Below are positions 24,502 to 45,777 of a stretch of 64,000 nucleotides of DNA, piece after piece. Made by a program: the position numbers and the translations under genes. Within the stretch, counting starts at the first letter, position 1; every line of letters begins with the position of its first letter. The stretch lies in the NCBI RefSeq assembly GCF_009914755.1, contig NC_060943.1. One strand, written 5' to 3'. Below the pieces are notes generated by a model, which searched no databases, had not been told where the DNA came from, and saw only the letters and a list, made by a program, of their open reading frames with translations. Origin of the DNA: the human T2T-CHM13v2.0 reference genome, Homo sapiens.

Positions 24502-24694
24502 GGAGGGCCCCAGAGTGTTCAGGCTTCTCAGAAGGGTCAGATGAACCAAATGAGGAGCCCTGGAATAGAGGAGGATGACAGCTGAAGAGGCCTGGAGGGC
24601 CCCAGATTGTTCAGGCTTCTCAGAAGGGCCAGATGAACCAAATGAGGAGCCCTGGAATAGAGGAGGATGACAGTTGAAGAGGCCTGTAGGCCCC
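24502..24694. repeat. Tandem duplication, 92-bp unit x2 plus a partial third
   Basis: GGAGGGCCCCAGA(G/T)TGTTCAGGCTTCTCAGAAGGG...GAAGAGGCCT starts at 24502 and again at 24594, with about 3 mismatches. Confidence 0.95.
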
Positions 24695-25169
24695 CGATGT
24701 TTAAGAGGACAGGCGGAGGGAGAGATGGGGAGCCGGGAGGGGTGAGGCAGAAGCCAGAAGTTTTAGGGGTGAGCCCATGCCAACCAGGGCTTCAGCAGGA
24801 ATGGGGTGGGAGGGAGGGGGTGAAGGGATGACTGCTGAGCTGTAGCCATTGGAGTGGCCACAGGGAAACCATAGGACATTGGTCAGAGGAGTGGACAAGG
24901 GGAGAAGAGAAAGCCGATCAGGACATGGTAGAGGCTGGGAGCAGAGGACCTTCTGGGAGCCCTGGGGAGAGCTGGAGGAGACTCGGAAAGAGCAGCCCCC
25001 GGAGAAGGGACCATCCATCCCACGGCGAGGACCGGGACCGAGGTCCTTGGAGCCCAGTCAGGCCCAGTGGTCAGGGCTGGACCTGGAGGTGAATAGGTGT
25101 GGGCCCCACGGTGAGATGGCCCTGCACACCCACCACAACCAAACACGACGGCGAGCGAGGCTGGGAAAT

Positions 25170-26312
<1,143 letters not shown>

Positions 26313-27053
26313 TCAGTACTTTGGGAGGCCAAGGCAGGAGGATTGCTTGAGCCCAGGAGTTCAAGACCAGCCTGGGAAACACAGTGAGACCCCATCTCTA
26401 CAAAAAATGTAAGAATTAGCGGGGCATGGTGGCACATGCCTGTGGTGCCAGCTACTGGGGAGGCTGAGGTGGAAGGATCCCTTGAGCCCAGCTGTGATCA
26501 GACCACTGGCACTCCATCCTAGGTGACAGAGTGAGAACCTGTCTCAAAAAACAAAAGCTGAACTCTCCAGCTTGACACGATAGTGCAGAGGGAACATTCT
26601 CAAGGCAAGACATGAAAGCTGTTAGTTCTTTAAGTCCTGGGCCAGAAATGGACACAATTTCACTTGCACTATATTAAAGTGGTCAAGGCAGTCATGGGCC
26701 CGCCCAGATCCAAGGGAAAGGGAGTCCAGGAGTCTGTGGTGGCTTGAACCCACCACACCCACTAATAGTATCAGGAAACGCTTAGCACTTATCAGTGCAG
26801 GGGTGTGGCAGCCCCATTTCTTGGAGGAGGAGAGGAGGAGTTAAATAACACCTCCAGGTCACCAGCCTGCAGAAGGCAGAGCCTGTCCATGAACTTGGGC
26901 CCACCTGTGCTCTTTCCCAAACTCTGCACGGGCACCAAAGATTCTTACCTGTTTTTTCCTCTGCTGGCTTCCTGGCCCTGAGCACCGTGCCTGGCATTGT
27001 AATAAATACTCTGCAAGTATTGATTTTATTTATGTTATTTTTATTTTTTTTGA

Positions 27054-27155
<102 letters not shown>

Positions 27156-27489
27156 TGAGTAGCTGGGATTACAGGCACCCGCCACCATGCCCGGCTAATT
27201 TTTGTATTTTTAGTGGAGATGGGGTTTTGCCATGTTGGCCAGGCTGGTCTCAAGCTCCTGACCTTAGGTGATCCGCCCACCTTGGCCTCCCGAAGTGCTG
27301 GGATTACAGGTGTGAACCACCGTGCCCAGCCACTGCAGGTATTGATTTTCCAACACATACAGGGCATTTCCTGTGTGCGAGGCACTGCTTTACAAAATCA
27401 TCACATTTAATCTTCAAGCAACCCCATGAGGTAGTTCTGTGAGGTAGAATCATAGAAATGGCCGTGAGTAGGCCAGGCACGGTGGCTCA

Positions 27490-27842
<353 letters not shown>

Positions 27843-27952
27843 TTAACAGGTGAGGAAACAGACTCAGAGAAACTCAGTAACTTCTTGTTGTTTTTGAGAC
27901 AGGGTCTTGCTCTGTTGCCCAGGCTGGGGTGCGGGGGCACAATCACAGTTGA

Positions 27953-28069
<117 letters not shown>

Positions 28070-28429
28070 TAAAGATAGGGTCTCACTTTTTTTGCTCAAG
28101 CTGGTCTTGAACTTGGGCTCAAGTGATCCTCCCATCTCAGCCTCCCAAAGTGCCAGGATTACAGGCACAAGCCGCTGTGCTCAGCGAGGTGCAGTAACTT
28201 GACTGAAGTCACAAGGTGCTGGTGAGGCTGGGACTTCCAGCAGGAACTCAGCCTCAGGTGGAAAGACCCCAGGGTCTGTGCTCTGAGGCCTCTCCCATGC
28301 ACTGTGGTGCTCAGGACAGAGGCTTGGATGGATTGAGTGAGTGAATGAATGACTTTGGCAGGGGGTGGGTGAAGAGACTCCTGTCCCCCCAGCCCTGCCT
28401 CCTGACCATGTCCTCTCTCCTCCCCACAG

Positions 28430-29452
28430 CCGTCAAGGGATTCTGGGCCACCCGCCCTTCCTTCTCCACCTTCTACTTCGTCTTTGCCATTTTTGTGGTG
28501 TCCACCATCTTTCACTGCCACCAGCACCTGGCTCTGGTGCCTGCGCCCTGGGCATACTCAGCCCGTGTGGTCCTGGCCCCCAGACACCTGCCCCGGGAGG
28601 ACCTGTTCACTATCAACTCCAAGGGCCGCCTGGGGAACCAGATGGGCGAGTACGCCACGCTGTACGCCCTGGCCAAGATGAACGGGCGGCCCGCCTTCAT
28701 CCCGGCCCAGATGCACAGCACCCTGGCCCCCATCTTCAGAATCACCCTGCCGGTGCTGCACAGCGCCACGGCCAGCAGGATCCCCTGGCAGAACTACCAC
28801 CTGAACGACTGGATGGAGGAGGAGTACCGCCACATCCCGGGGCGCTGTGTCCACCTCACGGGCTACCCCTGCTCCTGGACCTTCTACCACCACCTCCGCC
28901 AGGAGATCCTCCAGGAGTTCACCCTGCACGACCACGTGCGCGAGGAGGCCCAGAAGTTCCTGCGGGGCCTGCAGGCCAAGTGGGCAGGGCAGGCGACCTT
29001 CGTGGGGGTCCACGTGCGCCGGGGGGACTATGTCCGTGTCATGCCGCGCGTATGGAAGGGGGTGCTGGCCGACCGGCTACCTGCAGCGGGCCCTGGACTG
29101 GTTCCGGGCCTGCTGCCGCCTCCCGGTCTTTGTGGTCACCAGCGATGACATGGCCTGGTGCCGGGAGAGCATCAACAGCTCCCTTGGGGACGTGGTGTTC
29201 GCTGGCAATGGCCTCCAGGGCTCACCTGCCAAGGACTTCGCACTGCTCACACAGTGCAACCACACCATCATCACCGTGGGCACCTTCGGGGTCTGGGCCG
29301 CGTACCTCGCGGGCGGGGACACTGTCTACCTGGCCAACTTCACCCTGCCCAACTCCCCTTTCAACGTGGTCTTTAGGCCGTAAGCGGCCTTCCTGCCAGA
29401 GTGGGTGGGCCTTGCGGCTGACCTTGGACAGGCTGGACAGAACGGCCTCTAG
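28430..29452 (+). pseudogene. SEC1P: SEC1P alpha-1,2-fucosyltransferase pseudogene, main exon
   Basis: GT11 motifs [17 protein letters not shown] and [10 protein letters not shown]. 2-nt deletion at ~29075-29077 (GACCGGCTAC vs FUT2 GACCGGCGATAC) leads to a stop at 29146-29148. In-frame TAA at 29381-29383 where FUT2 has GAG. Ancestral stop TAG at 29450-29452. Acceptor ccccacag|28430. Confidence 0.97.
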
Positions 29453-31043
29453 CCAGCCCTGCATGTGCCTGGTCCTCATCCTGTGACCCGAGGGGCAGTG
29501 AGTGGGGCGTGCGGGGCATGGACTCACGGTCCCTCATGCAGTTTGGATCCAGGCTTATCTACTTCATAGCTGAGTGAGTTTGGACAACTGACTCAACCTC
29601 TGTGCCTTAGTATGTCAACCACAAAATGCACAAACCACAGAACTAAACACCAGTAGCAGCTGGTGGGAGCTGAGCAAATTCGCTTAGAGCCAGTGCCTTG
29701 TGACCGTGTGGGAGGTGTCGGCTGCTCACATGTATGCAGCACGTCAGGAACACTGGCATTGCTTTCCAATGGAAACGCAGTTTTGCCCTCTCCTTCCTGG
29801 CAGCACTGGTAGCACAGAGCCCAGATATTTTGCACTCACGTCCCAGGACGAAGCCATCCCTGCCCTGAAGGATAGGGGAACTCGATTTTCTGGGCAACTA
29901 GGAATTTTGGCTTTGGAGTTAGTGGGCCTTATCACAAAAGAATGTGAGGGAAGGGCCGGGTGCGGTGGCACGCCTGTAATCCCAGCCCTTTGGGAAGCCA
30001 AGGCTGGTGGATCACTTGAGGTCAGGAGTTCGAGACCAGCCTGGCCAACATGGCGAAACCCAGTCTCTACTAAAAATACAAAAAGCCAGGCACGGTGGTG
30101 CGTGCCCCTAATCCCAGCTACTCCGGAGGCTGAAGCAGGAGGATAGCTTGAATTGGGAAGCAGAGGTTGCAGTAAACCGAGATCATACCACTGCACTCCA
30201 GCCTGGGCCACAGAGCGAGACTCCATCGCAAAAAAAAAAAAAAAAATAGAATTCCAGGGAAGACAGGATTTGCAGGGACACACCTATGAGGAGGGATTCC
30301 CCTGCGATGGACAGGGGAGGGGTTTAGGTGCAGGTAGCACCCTGGGCGCAGGGAAGAAGGCGTCACAGTGAGGGCAGAAAAGACACTCCTCAGATCCTGG
30401 AAGCAGCAACCTGACCCCCAGGGGCCACTAAGACCAAATCATGGCCATCTCAGCAGCAGCGTGTGTGACAGTTACTGGAAAAAGATACCTCACACCTGGC
30501 ACTGCCTAACCCCCGAGAACCTAATGCCACTCTGAGAAAGCTCAGTACGGGTGCAAGTTGGATTAAGTAATTGCAGTGCGAGTTTTCCTGTGTTTTATTG
30601 GTGTAATGCTCCTTTTGGACATTAAAAAAACTTGACATATACAATGATCATTTACATGCATTAAACATTTCCACCAAATGTAGGTGCAGTGGTTTAGAAA
30701 ACATTCCAATCACATCTCTTTCCCATTTGAAACCTTTTCAAGGTTGGGTGCAGTGGCTCATTTCTGTAATCCCAACACTTTGAGAGCTGAGTTGGAGGGG
30801 GATCCCTTGAGCCCAGGAGTTCGAGACCAGCCTGGGAAACATATTGAAACCTCATCTCTACAAAAATTAGCTGTGCCTGGTGGCACACACCCATGGTCCC
30901 AGATAATCAGGAGGCTGAGGTGGGAGGATCACCTGAGCTTGGGAGGTTGAGGCTGCAGTGAGCCATGATCACACCACTGTACTCCAGCCTGGGCAACAGA
31001 ATAAGACCCTGTCTCAATAAAATTAAATAAATAAATAAATAAA

Positions 31044-32268
<1,225 letters not shown>

Positions 32269-32475
32269 GGGTTTGGGCTTGGGAGGTGTTAAAGAACACA
32301 GGAGGGGCCAGGCACGGTGGCTCATGCCTGTAATCCCAGCACTTTGGGAGGCCCAGGCGGGTGGATCACCAGGTCGAGAGATCGAGACCATCCTGGCCAA
32401 CACGGTGAAACCCCGTCTCTACTAAAAATACAAAAATTAGCTGGGCGTGGTGGCAGGTGCCTGTAATCCCAGCTA

Positions 32476-32947
<472 letters not shown>

Positions 32948-33470
32948 TCATCAATAAATATTTACTGAGTTTCTTACTGCATTTGCAAATTCCAAAGCAG
33001 AAGTTGGACAGACACCTAAAAGCCCGCCCTGTCCCTCACCAGAAGGGGACAAAAGGAAGCTGAGCAGGACAGGGGCCACTTAAGTCCCCTAAAGAAGGGG
33101 ATTGCATACCCCAGCACCTCAGACAGTATCCAGTGCACAGCACATGTTCCTTATGGTTTGACTTGTGACGAGTCCCCGGCCAAGTTTCCTTGTTTCATTT
33201 TTTTGAGACAGAGACTCTCTCTGTCACCCAGGCTAGAGAGCAGTGGTGCGATCTCAGCCCACTGCAACCTCCGCCTCCCAGGTTCAAGTGATTCTCTTGC
33301 CTCAGCTTCCTGAGTAGCTTGGACTACAGGCACCTGCCACCACTCCCTGCTAATTTTTGTATTTTTAGTAGAGATGGGGTCTCACCATGTTGGCCAGGCT
33401 GGTCTCGAACTCCTGACCATAGGTTATCCTCCTGCCTCAGCCTCCCAAAGTGCTGGGATTACAGGCGTGA

Positions 33471-33632
<162 letters not shown>

Positions 33633-33671
33633 TAGCTGAGATAACAGGAGCACACCACCATGCCTGGCTAA

Positions 33672-34012
<341 letters not shown>

Positions 34013-34170
34013 AGTAAGATAATTGTAGGTGTAACTGGTTAAGTCCAGGTTATACTGGAGTAGGGTGTGTGGTGTCCCTAATCCGTTATGACGGGTGACC
34101 ACACAGACACCAAAGAAAGGAAAGCCACATGATGACAAAGGCAGAGATTAACTCTGGGCCTCCAGAACTA

Positions 34171-34413
<243 letters not shown>

Positions 34414-34754
34414 TCACTCCAACCTGGGAGACAGAGTGAGACCCTGTCTCAAAAAAAAAAAAAAAAAAAAGAAAAAAGAAAAACTAAAGGAGAATGATTT
34501 TCTTTTGCTTTGAGGGACCCAGTTGTGTGTTACCTTCTTAGAGCAACCGGGGAAACACATAGAACGTCTAATGCATATTAATTGAATGGATTGTACAAAC
34601 AGAGCGAAAAGAGAACCCCATGGCTTAGCAGGAAAGCAGCTTAGAGATGAAAGGTTTCAGTGTCCTTGGCACAGGGCTAGTAGTCCTGGAGATGATTTCA
34701 TGGACACTGTCCCAGGAAGTAAAATTCTGGAAATACTTTCATTCATTCAACAAT

Positions 34755-34862
34755 ATGGTCATGGGTCACTTAACAATAGGGATGTGTTCTGAGAAATGTA
34801 TTATTAGGCAATTTCATGTTGTATGAACATCATAGAGTATATTTACACAAACCCAGATGGGG
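34755..34862 (+). mobile_element. Tigger3-like DNA transposon end
   Basis: GTCATGGGTCACTTAACAATAGGGATGTGTTCTGAGAAATG...AACATCATAGAGTATATTTACACAAACCCAGATGG. Confidence 0.7.
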
Positions 34863-34991
34863 TGTGTGTGTGTATATATATATTAAATTCATTTTTTTTA
34901 ATATGGAAAACGAAATCTCCGAGCACCATTATTGAATATCAGTCATCTCCTGTACTTCATCTGCAATGCCAATACAAAGTGCCAGAGATGA

Positions 34992-35481
<490 letters not shown>

Positions 35482-35785
35482 TAATTTTTGTATTTTTAGT
35501 AGAGATGGGGTTCACCATGTTTCCCAGGCTAGTCTCAAATTCCTGGCCTCAAGTGATCCACCCTCCTCTGCCTCCCAAAGCGCTGGGATGACAGGCGTAA
35601 GCCACCGGGCCCAGCCAAATTTTAAAGAAAACAGGATATCAATTTATATCTCAAGGCAAAGAGAAAGAATGTAAGTTCTTTTGTTGTTTTTGAGATTGGT
35701 TCTCCCTCTGTTGCCCAGTCTGATCTCAAACACCTGACCTCAAGAGATCCTCCCACCTCCAGCCCCCAAAGTGTTGCGATTGTAG

Positions 35786-35956
<171 letters not shown>

Positions 35957-36748
35957 TAGCTGGGATTACAATCACCCACCACCATGCCCGGCTAATTTTG
36001 CATTTTTAGTAGAGATGGGGTGGTGGGGGGGCAGGGGGTGTTTCTCCATGTTGGTCAGGCTGGTCTGGAACTCCCGAACTCAGATGATCCGCCCGCCTCG
36101 GTCTCCCAAAGTGCTGCGATTACAGGTGTGAGCCACCGCTCCCGGCCCTACTTTCTGTTTTTTAACTGGATTACTGAGTCCATTTACAGATAAAGCCGAG
36201 AAAGCACGTGGAGTTTCCAGGACTGGCCTAAGCCTCACCTATAGAAAAAGCAGGCACAGCTGGAAGGCAGAGCTCTTGGATCCCAGAAATCACGGATCCC
36301 ATTCCTAGGCTGAATCCCTGATCCCCTAGACCAGTGGCAAAGCCCAAGAGGGAAATGCCCAGGGACAGGCTGTTAAAAGCTCCCACACTCAGCCTGGGCT
36401 GCAAGGCACACTTTACTGTCAGTTCTGCTTGGCTCAGTCAGAAATCTGAGTTTTTTCTTATCTCAATGCATGAAGAAATGAGGAGGATAAAATTTGCCCA
36501 CTGTGGTAATAACCATTCATTCCAACCTTGTCAGTTATCTTCAAAATTGTAGCTATTGACAGTAACTACTTAGTTATCCCATGACCAAAGGTCAAGTGTT
36601 TTCTTACCTTAGAAAGTAACCCTCCTGGGCCCGGTGTGGTGGCTCACGTCTGTAATCCCAGCACTTTGGGAGACCAAGGCGGGTGGATCACCTGAGGTCG
36701 GGAGTTCAGAACCAGCCTGACCAACATGGAGAAACCCCGTCTCTACTA

Positions 36749-36907
<159 letters not shown>

Positions 36908-37109
36908 TCAAAAAAAAAGAGAAGAAAGTAACCCTTGGACCTTCAAAAGCCAAAGAGATCAGGGAGTTTAGTGCAAAAGAGAGCAGAGGATTAGACCCCA
37001 CCCTCGACTCTTGGGGCTCCGTGAGGAAGACAGAAGACCCCAAAAAGGAAGTCTGTGGTGCTTTGGCTGAGCTCCTCAAGGAGGCTCAGAATCACTAAAA
37101 GTCTCTTTT

Positions 37110-37229
37110 TTATTTTATATATATTTTTTATTATTATACTTTAAGTTCTAGGGTACATGTGCACAACGTGCAGGTTTGTTACATATGCATACATGTGCCA
37201 TGTTGGTGTGCTGCACCCATTAACTCGTC
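37110..37229 (-). mobile_element. Severely 5'-truncated young L1PA 3' end with TSD
   Basis: TTATTATACTTTAAGTTCTAGGGTACATGTGCACAACGTGCAGG is the canonical L1PA 3' UTR end. TSD GTCTCTTTT at 37101-37109 and 37227-37235. Confidence 0.92.
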
Positions 37230-37257
37230 TCTTTTAAATCTCTTCATGTGCTATTGA

Positions 37258-37909
<652 letters not shown>

Positions 37910-38343
37910 TCACCACACTCGGCCCATCAATTTATTTTATAAGCAAACTGGTTCACATACGTTTTTTCCCGTTAATCCAGTTTTGGAAAGGGAAAAAAAC
38001 CAAGACTTTTACCACCTTTACTGGACCGGGTCCCACAGGCAGAGATCCAAGGAGCTGGTAAGAAATCTCACCTTTTTCTGCCAGCTATTTATCATTTGTC
38101 CCAGAAAACCATCTGTAGGCTCCGAAACAAGAGTGATTTGATTTGCATCCTGCTCACAGTGCCAGAACTGCGGGGAAGTTAAAATGTTTCCCCTGGAGGT
38201 TAAAACATTTGAGTCTATATAAATCAAACTAATAATAGCCAGATAGCAGGAGAAAGGAATACACATTTTATCATGTGCACACAGGACTCACAGAAAATAC
38301 GCAAACTCAGAGAAAGGGCCAGATAGCTGAAGTTGTTTTTTGA

Positions 38344-38448
<105 letters not shown>

Positions 38449-39664
38449 TGAATAGCTGAGATTACAGGCATGCGCCACCATGCCCGGCTAATTTTGTATT
38501 TTTAGTAGAGATGGGATTTCTCCATGTTGGTCAGGCTGGTTTCGAACTGCCGACCTCAAGTGATCCGCCCGCCTCAGCCTCCCAAAGTGCTGGGATTACA
38601 GGCGTGAGCCACCGTGCCTGGCTGAGCCACCGTGCCCGACGAAGTTTTTATATCACTCTGAGGTTAAAGAAGAATCAGGACTTGGAGACTGGTGAGACAG
38701 GTTATGGAAGAGAGAGAAGAAAGGCCTGGCTACGGAGGGCTGTCTTTTAATGCAGATGAAACCCTGATGGGTAGGGGCTCTCAGAAAGAATAAACTTTCT
38801 TTTCTTTTTATTTGAGATGGAGTTTCCCTCCTGTTGCCCAAGCTGAAGTACAGTGGCATGATTTCAGCTCACTGCAGCCACCCCTCCTGAGTTCAAGCGA
38901 TTCTCCTGCTTCACCCTCCCAAGCAGCTGGTATTACAGGCGCATGCCACCAAGCTCGGTTACTTTTTTGTATTTTTAGTGGAAGACAGTTTCACCACGTT
39001 AGCCAGGCTGGTCTTGAACTCCTGACCTCAGGTGATCCGCCTGCCTCGGCCTCCCAAAGTGCTGGGATTACAGGCATGAGCCACCGTGCCAGGCCTTTAA
39101 AAACATTTTTTTTGAGACCGAGTCTTGCCCTGTCACCCAGGCTGGAGTGCAGTGGTGCGATCTCAGCTCACTGCAACCTCTGCCTCCTGGGCTCAAGTGA
39201 TTCTCATTCCTCAGCCTTCTGAATAGATGGGATTACAGATGTGCACCACCATGCCCAGCTAATTTTTGCATTTTTTGTAGGCACAGGGTTTTACTATGTT
39301 GCCCAGGCTGCTCTCGAACTTCAGCCCTCACATGATTCACCTGCCTCGGCCTCCCAAAGTGCTGTGATTATAGGCGTGAGCCACCTCACCCCGCCCGTCC
39401 AGAAAGAGTAAATTTCTTTCTTTTTTCTTTTTCTTTTTTTTTTTTTTTTTTTGAGACAAGTCTCGCTCTGTAGCCCAGGCTGGAGTGCAAGTGGCTCGAT
39501 CTTGGCTCACTGCAAGCTCTACCTCCCGGGTTCACACCATTCTTCTGCCTAAGCCTCCTGAGTAGGTGGGACTACAGGCGCCCACCACCACGCCTGGCTA
39601 CTTTTTGTAGTTTTAGTAGAGACGGGGTTTCACCATGTTAGCCAGGATGGTCTCGATCTCCTGA

Positions 39665-39925
<261 letters not shown>

Positions 39926-39977
39926 TAGTAGAGATGGGGGTTTCACCATGTTAGCCACGACGGTCTCGATCTCTTGA

Positions 39978-40225
<248 letters not shown>

Positions 40226-40611
40226 TAGTAGAGACAGGATTTCACCAGGGTTGGCCAGGCTGTTCTCAAACTCCTGACCTCATGATCAGCCCGCCACCCT
40301 CTCAAAGTGCTGGGATTACAGGTGTGAGCCACTGCACCTAATCTAATCTTTTATAACTGTCAATCTAATCTTATAACTGTATGTTAGCCTTTGTATGCAA
40401 AATGCTGTCATTCTGCTCACGATCTCCATTTTTTGTTGTTGTTGTTGTTGGTTTTTTGTTTGTTTTGTTTGTTTGTTTGTTTTAGACAGAGTCTTGCTCT
40501 TTTGCCCAGGCTGGAGTGCAGTGGTGCGATCTCGGAACACTGAAACCTCCACCCCACCCCGCCTCTGCCTCCCAGGTTCAAGCAATTCTTCTGCCTCAGC
40601 CTCCCAGGTAG

Positions 40612-40785
<174 letters not shown>

Positions 40786-40846
40786 TGACCTCTCCATTTT
40801 TACCTGTATAAATGAGTTCCACTTTTCCCCATACTGGAAGCACTGA

Positions 40847-41326
<480 letters not shown>

Positions 41327-41474
41327 TAGCTGGGACTACAGACATGTGCCACCATGTCTGGCTAATTTTCTTTATTTTTTGTAGAGAGACAAGGTCTTGC
41401 TATGTTGCCCAGGCTGGTCTTTAACTTCTGGCTTCAAGCTATGCTCCTGCCTCAGCCTCCTGAGTAGCTGAGAT

Positions 41475-42060
41475 TACAGGTGCATGCCTCCATGCCTGGC
41501 CACCACGGCCAATTTCAAGCTACCAATATGAGATCATTGAACATGCAATTGGAAAGAAATGCACAGTATTACATTGTTCTATAGCAAGCCTATTACACAG
41601 ACATAATAAATGTAAATAGGCCAGGCAAGATGGTTCATACCTGTAATCCCAGCACTTTGGGAGGCTGAGGCAGGAGGATCGCTTTGAGCTCAGGAGTTCG
41701 AGGCCAGCCTGGGTAACATAGTGAGACCCCATCTCTACAAAAAAACACAAAATTAACTGAGTGTGGTGACGGGCACCTGTAGTCCCAGCTACTCAGGAGG
41801 CCAAGGCAGGAGACTCATTTGAGCCCAGGAGGCGGAGGTTGCAGTGAGCACATACATTGATTGGCACACAGATTGGCAGATACTAACATACAGTGTGTTT
41901 TTTTCTCCAGAGAACTGGCTGGTAAGTGTTTACCATAGTAAGAAGACTTACTATAGAACAATGTATTACTGTGCGTTTCTTTCCAATTCCATGTTCAATG
42001 ATCTCTTATTGGTAGCTTGAAATTGGCCGTGGTGGCCAAGCATGGGGGCGTGCACCAGTA
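41475..42060. repeat. Inverted repeat, 116-bp arms (41475-41590 and 41945-42060), 354-bp spacer
   Basis: Manual alignment of the left arm to the reverse complement of the right arm: 10 mismatches, no gaps. Confidence 0.93.
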
Positions 42061-42061
42061 A

Positions 42062-42460
<399 letters not shown>

Positions 42461-42480
42461 TAAAAAAAAATGTTGGCTAG

Positions 42481-42898
<418 letters not shown>

Positions 42899-43243
42899 TG
42901 ATCCGCCCGACTCAGCCTCCCAAAGTGCTGGGATTACAGGCGTGAGCCACCACACCTGGCCTGTTTTGCATATTTTATGACAGCTCACCTCCCCACTTCC
43001 CCGCCCCACCCTGTTTCTTTTTTCCTTGTCGCTGAATCACAGGGAAACAGGTCGTTTGTCCTGTGGACGGGCTCACATTCTGGACTGGGCTGATTGCTGC
43101 CTCATGGTGTCGTTTCACTGGGAACTTTGTCCTCCTGTTTTCTGCAAACTGGTGGTTAGAGTGGGAAGCTTGATCTGATTTTTTTGTTTGTTTGTTTGAA
43201 GGGAGCTCCGTAGCTGGTAGGTAGCCTCCTGCTGCTTAGCTGA

Positions 43244-43658
<415 letters not shown>

Positions 43659-43711
43659 TAAGGACGGGGTTTCACCTTGTTGGCCAGGCTGGTCTCTGAC
43701 TCCTGACCTCA

Positions 43712-43972
<261 letters not shown>

Positions 43973-44299
43973 TTAATTAATAAATAAATATAAGACTCTG
44001 AGGGGACTCAGAGTCAGCGAGAGCCTGGCCTAGCAGGACTCTGTCCCCCGCCTCCATGCTGCCTTCCTGGAGGCCTTCCTGGCTGCCTGGAGGAGCGGAG
44101 CAGAGTGGGGGCCCCTTTCTGTTGGGGCATCACAACAGTTCCCCAAGGAAGACCCTCGGGGACCCGGATGGGGGATGCGACCTTGTCCTGCCTCTCTCCC
44201 CCACCCTTATGGCCAGGCTTGGGGTGCCTGGTGCAGGTGGAGGAGCTAAGGGTAGATAACAAGATGGACTTTGTGGCCGGCAATGGGGAGGGAGGAGGG

Positions 44300-44380
44300 G
44301 CTACGGGCTCACCTCCCTCCCGCAGCCCAGCCACACCTGCTCTGGAAAGCCCTGTAGCTCCTGGGCGGGGTTTGCCAGTC
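44300..44380 (+). promoter_or_regulatory. FUT2: FUT2 proximal promoter (TATA-less, GC box)
   Basis: GGGCGGGG at 44363-44370 immediately upstream of exon 1. Confidence 0.6.
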
Positions 44381-44495
44381 ACCGATGCTGGAAGGGTTTC
44401 TTTGGCCCTGAGTGAAGAGAGACCCAGAGGGAACACTGAGGTGCCTGCCCAACCACTCTGTCCCGGTTTCCTTCAGCAGGACCAGGTGAGAGAAG
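44378..44495 (+). other. FUT2: FUT2 non-coding exon 1 with tandem splice donors
   Basis: CCAG|gtgagagaag|gtgagg gives donors after 44485 and 44495. The ~6.87-kb intron to the acceptor at 51361 fits the known two-exon structure. TSS approximate. Confidence 0.8.
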
Positions 44496-44829
44496 GTGAG
44501 GGGGCTCCTCTCCCACCCTACAACACGCACACCTCTGCACACACGCCCAGGCGGAGAGCAGGGATTTGGGACGTGGACCTGTGTGCCCTCGTGGGTCCCT
44601 GGTGCCCTCTGGGAGGCACCCCCAACTCAGGACCTCCAGGAGAGGAGGGTCCCTCCCTCGGCAGCCAGGACCCCCCTCCCCAGCCAGCCGCCCTCCTTAG
44701 CTCCCTCCCCACTTCCTTCCAGGTGGATCTGTTTCTAGAGCTCCAACCACCAGCTCCCTCCCCTTCTCCACCCCGGGCCACCAGGTCCTTCCTTGTCTCC
44801 TTCCCCTCAGCAGTTTCTATGAACCACCC

Positions 44830-45777
<948 letters not shown>

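Noticed and set aside
28345-28429. ATGs at 28345 and 28408 as SEC1P start codons
   Set aside because: Both lie upstream of a strong acceptor (28428-28429), and 28408 runs into its polypyrimidine tract. They are absent from spliced RNA and usable only if the intron is retained.
28365-29486. 373-aa alternative-frame ORF over SEC1P, and antisense ORFs over SEC1P and FUT2
   Set aside because: Shadow ORFs of GC-rich coding sequence with strong third-position bias and no recognisable domain.
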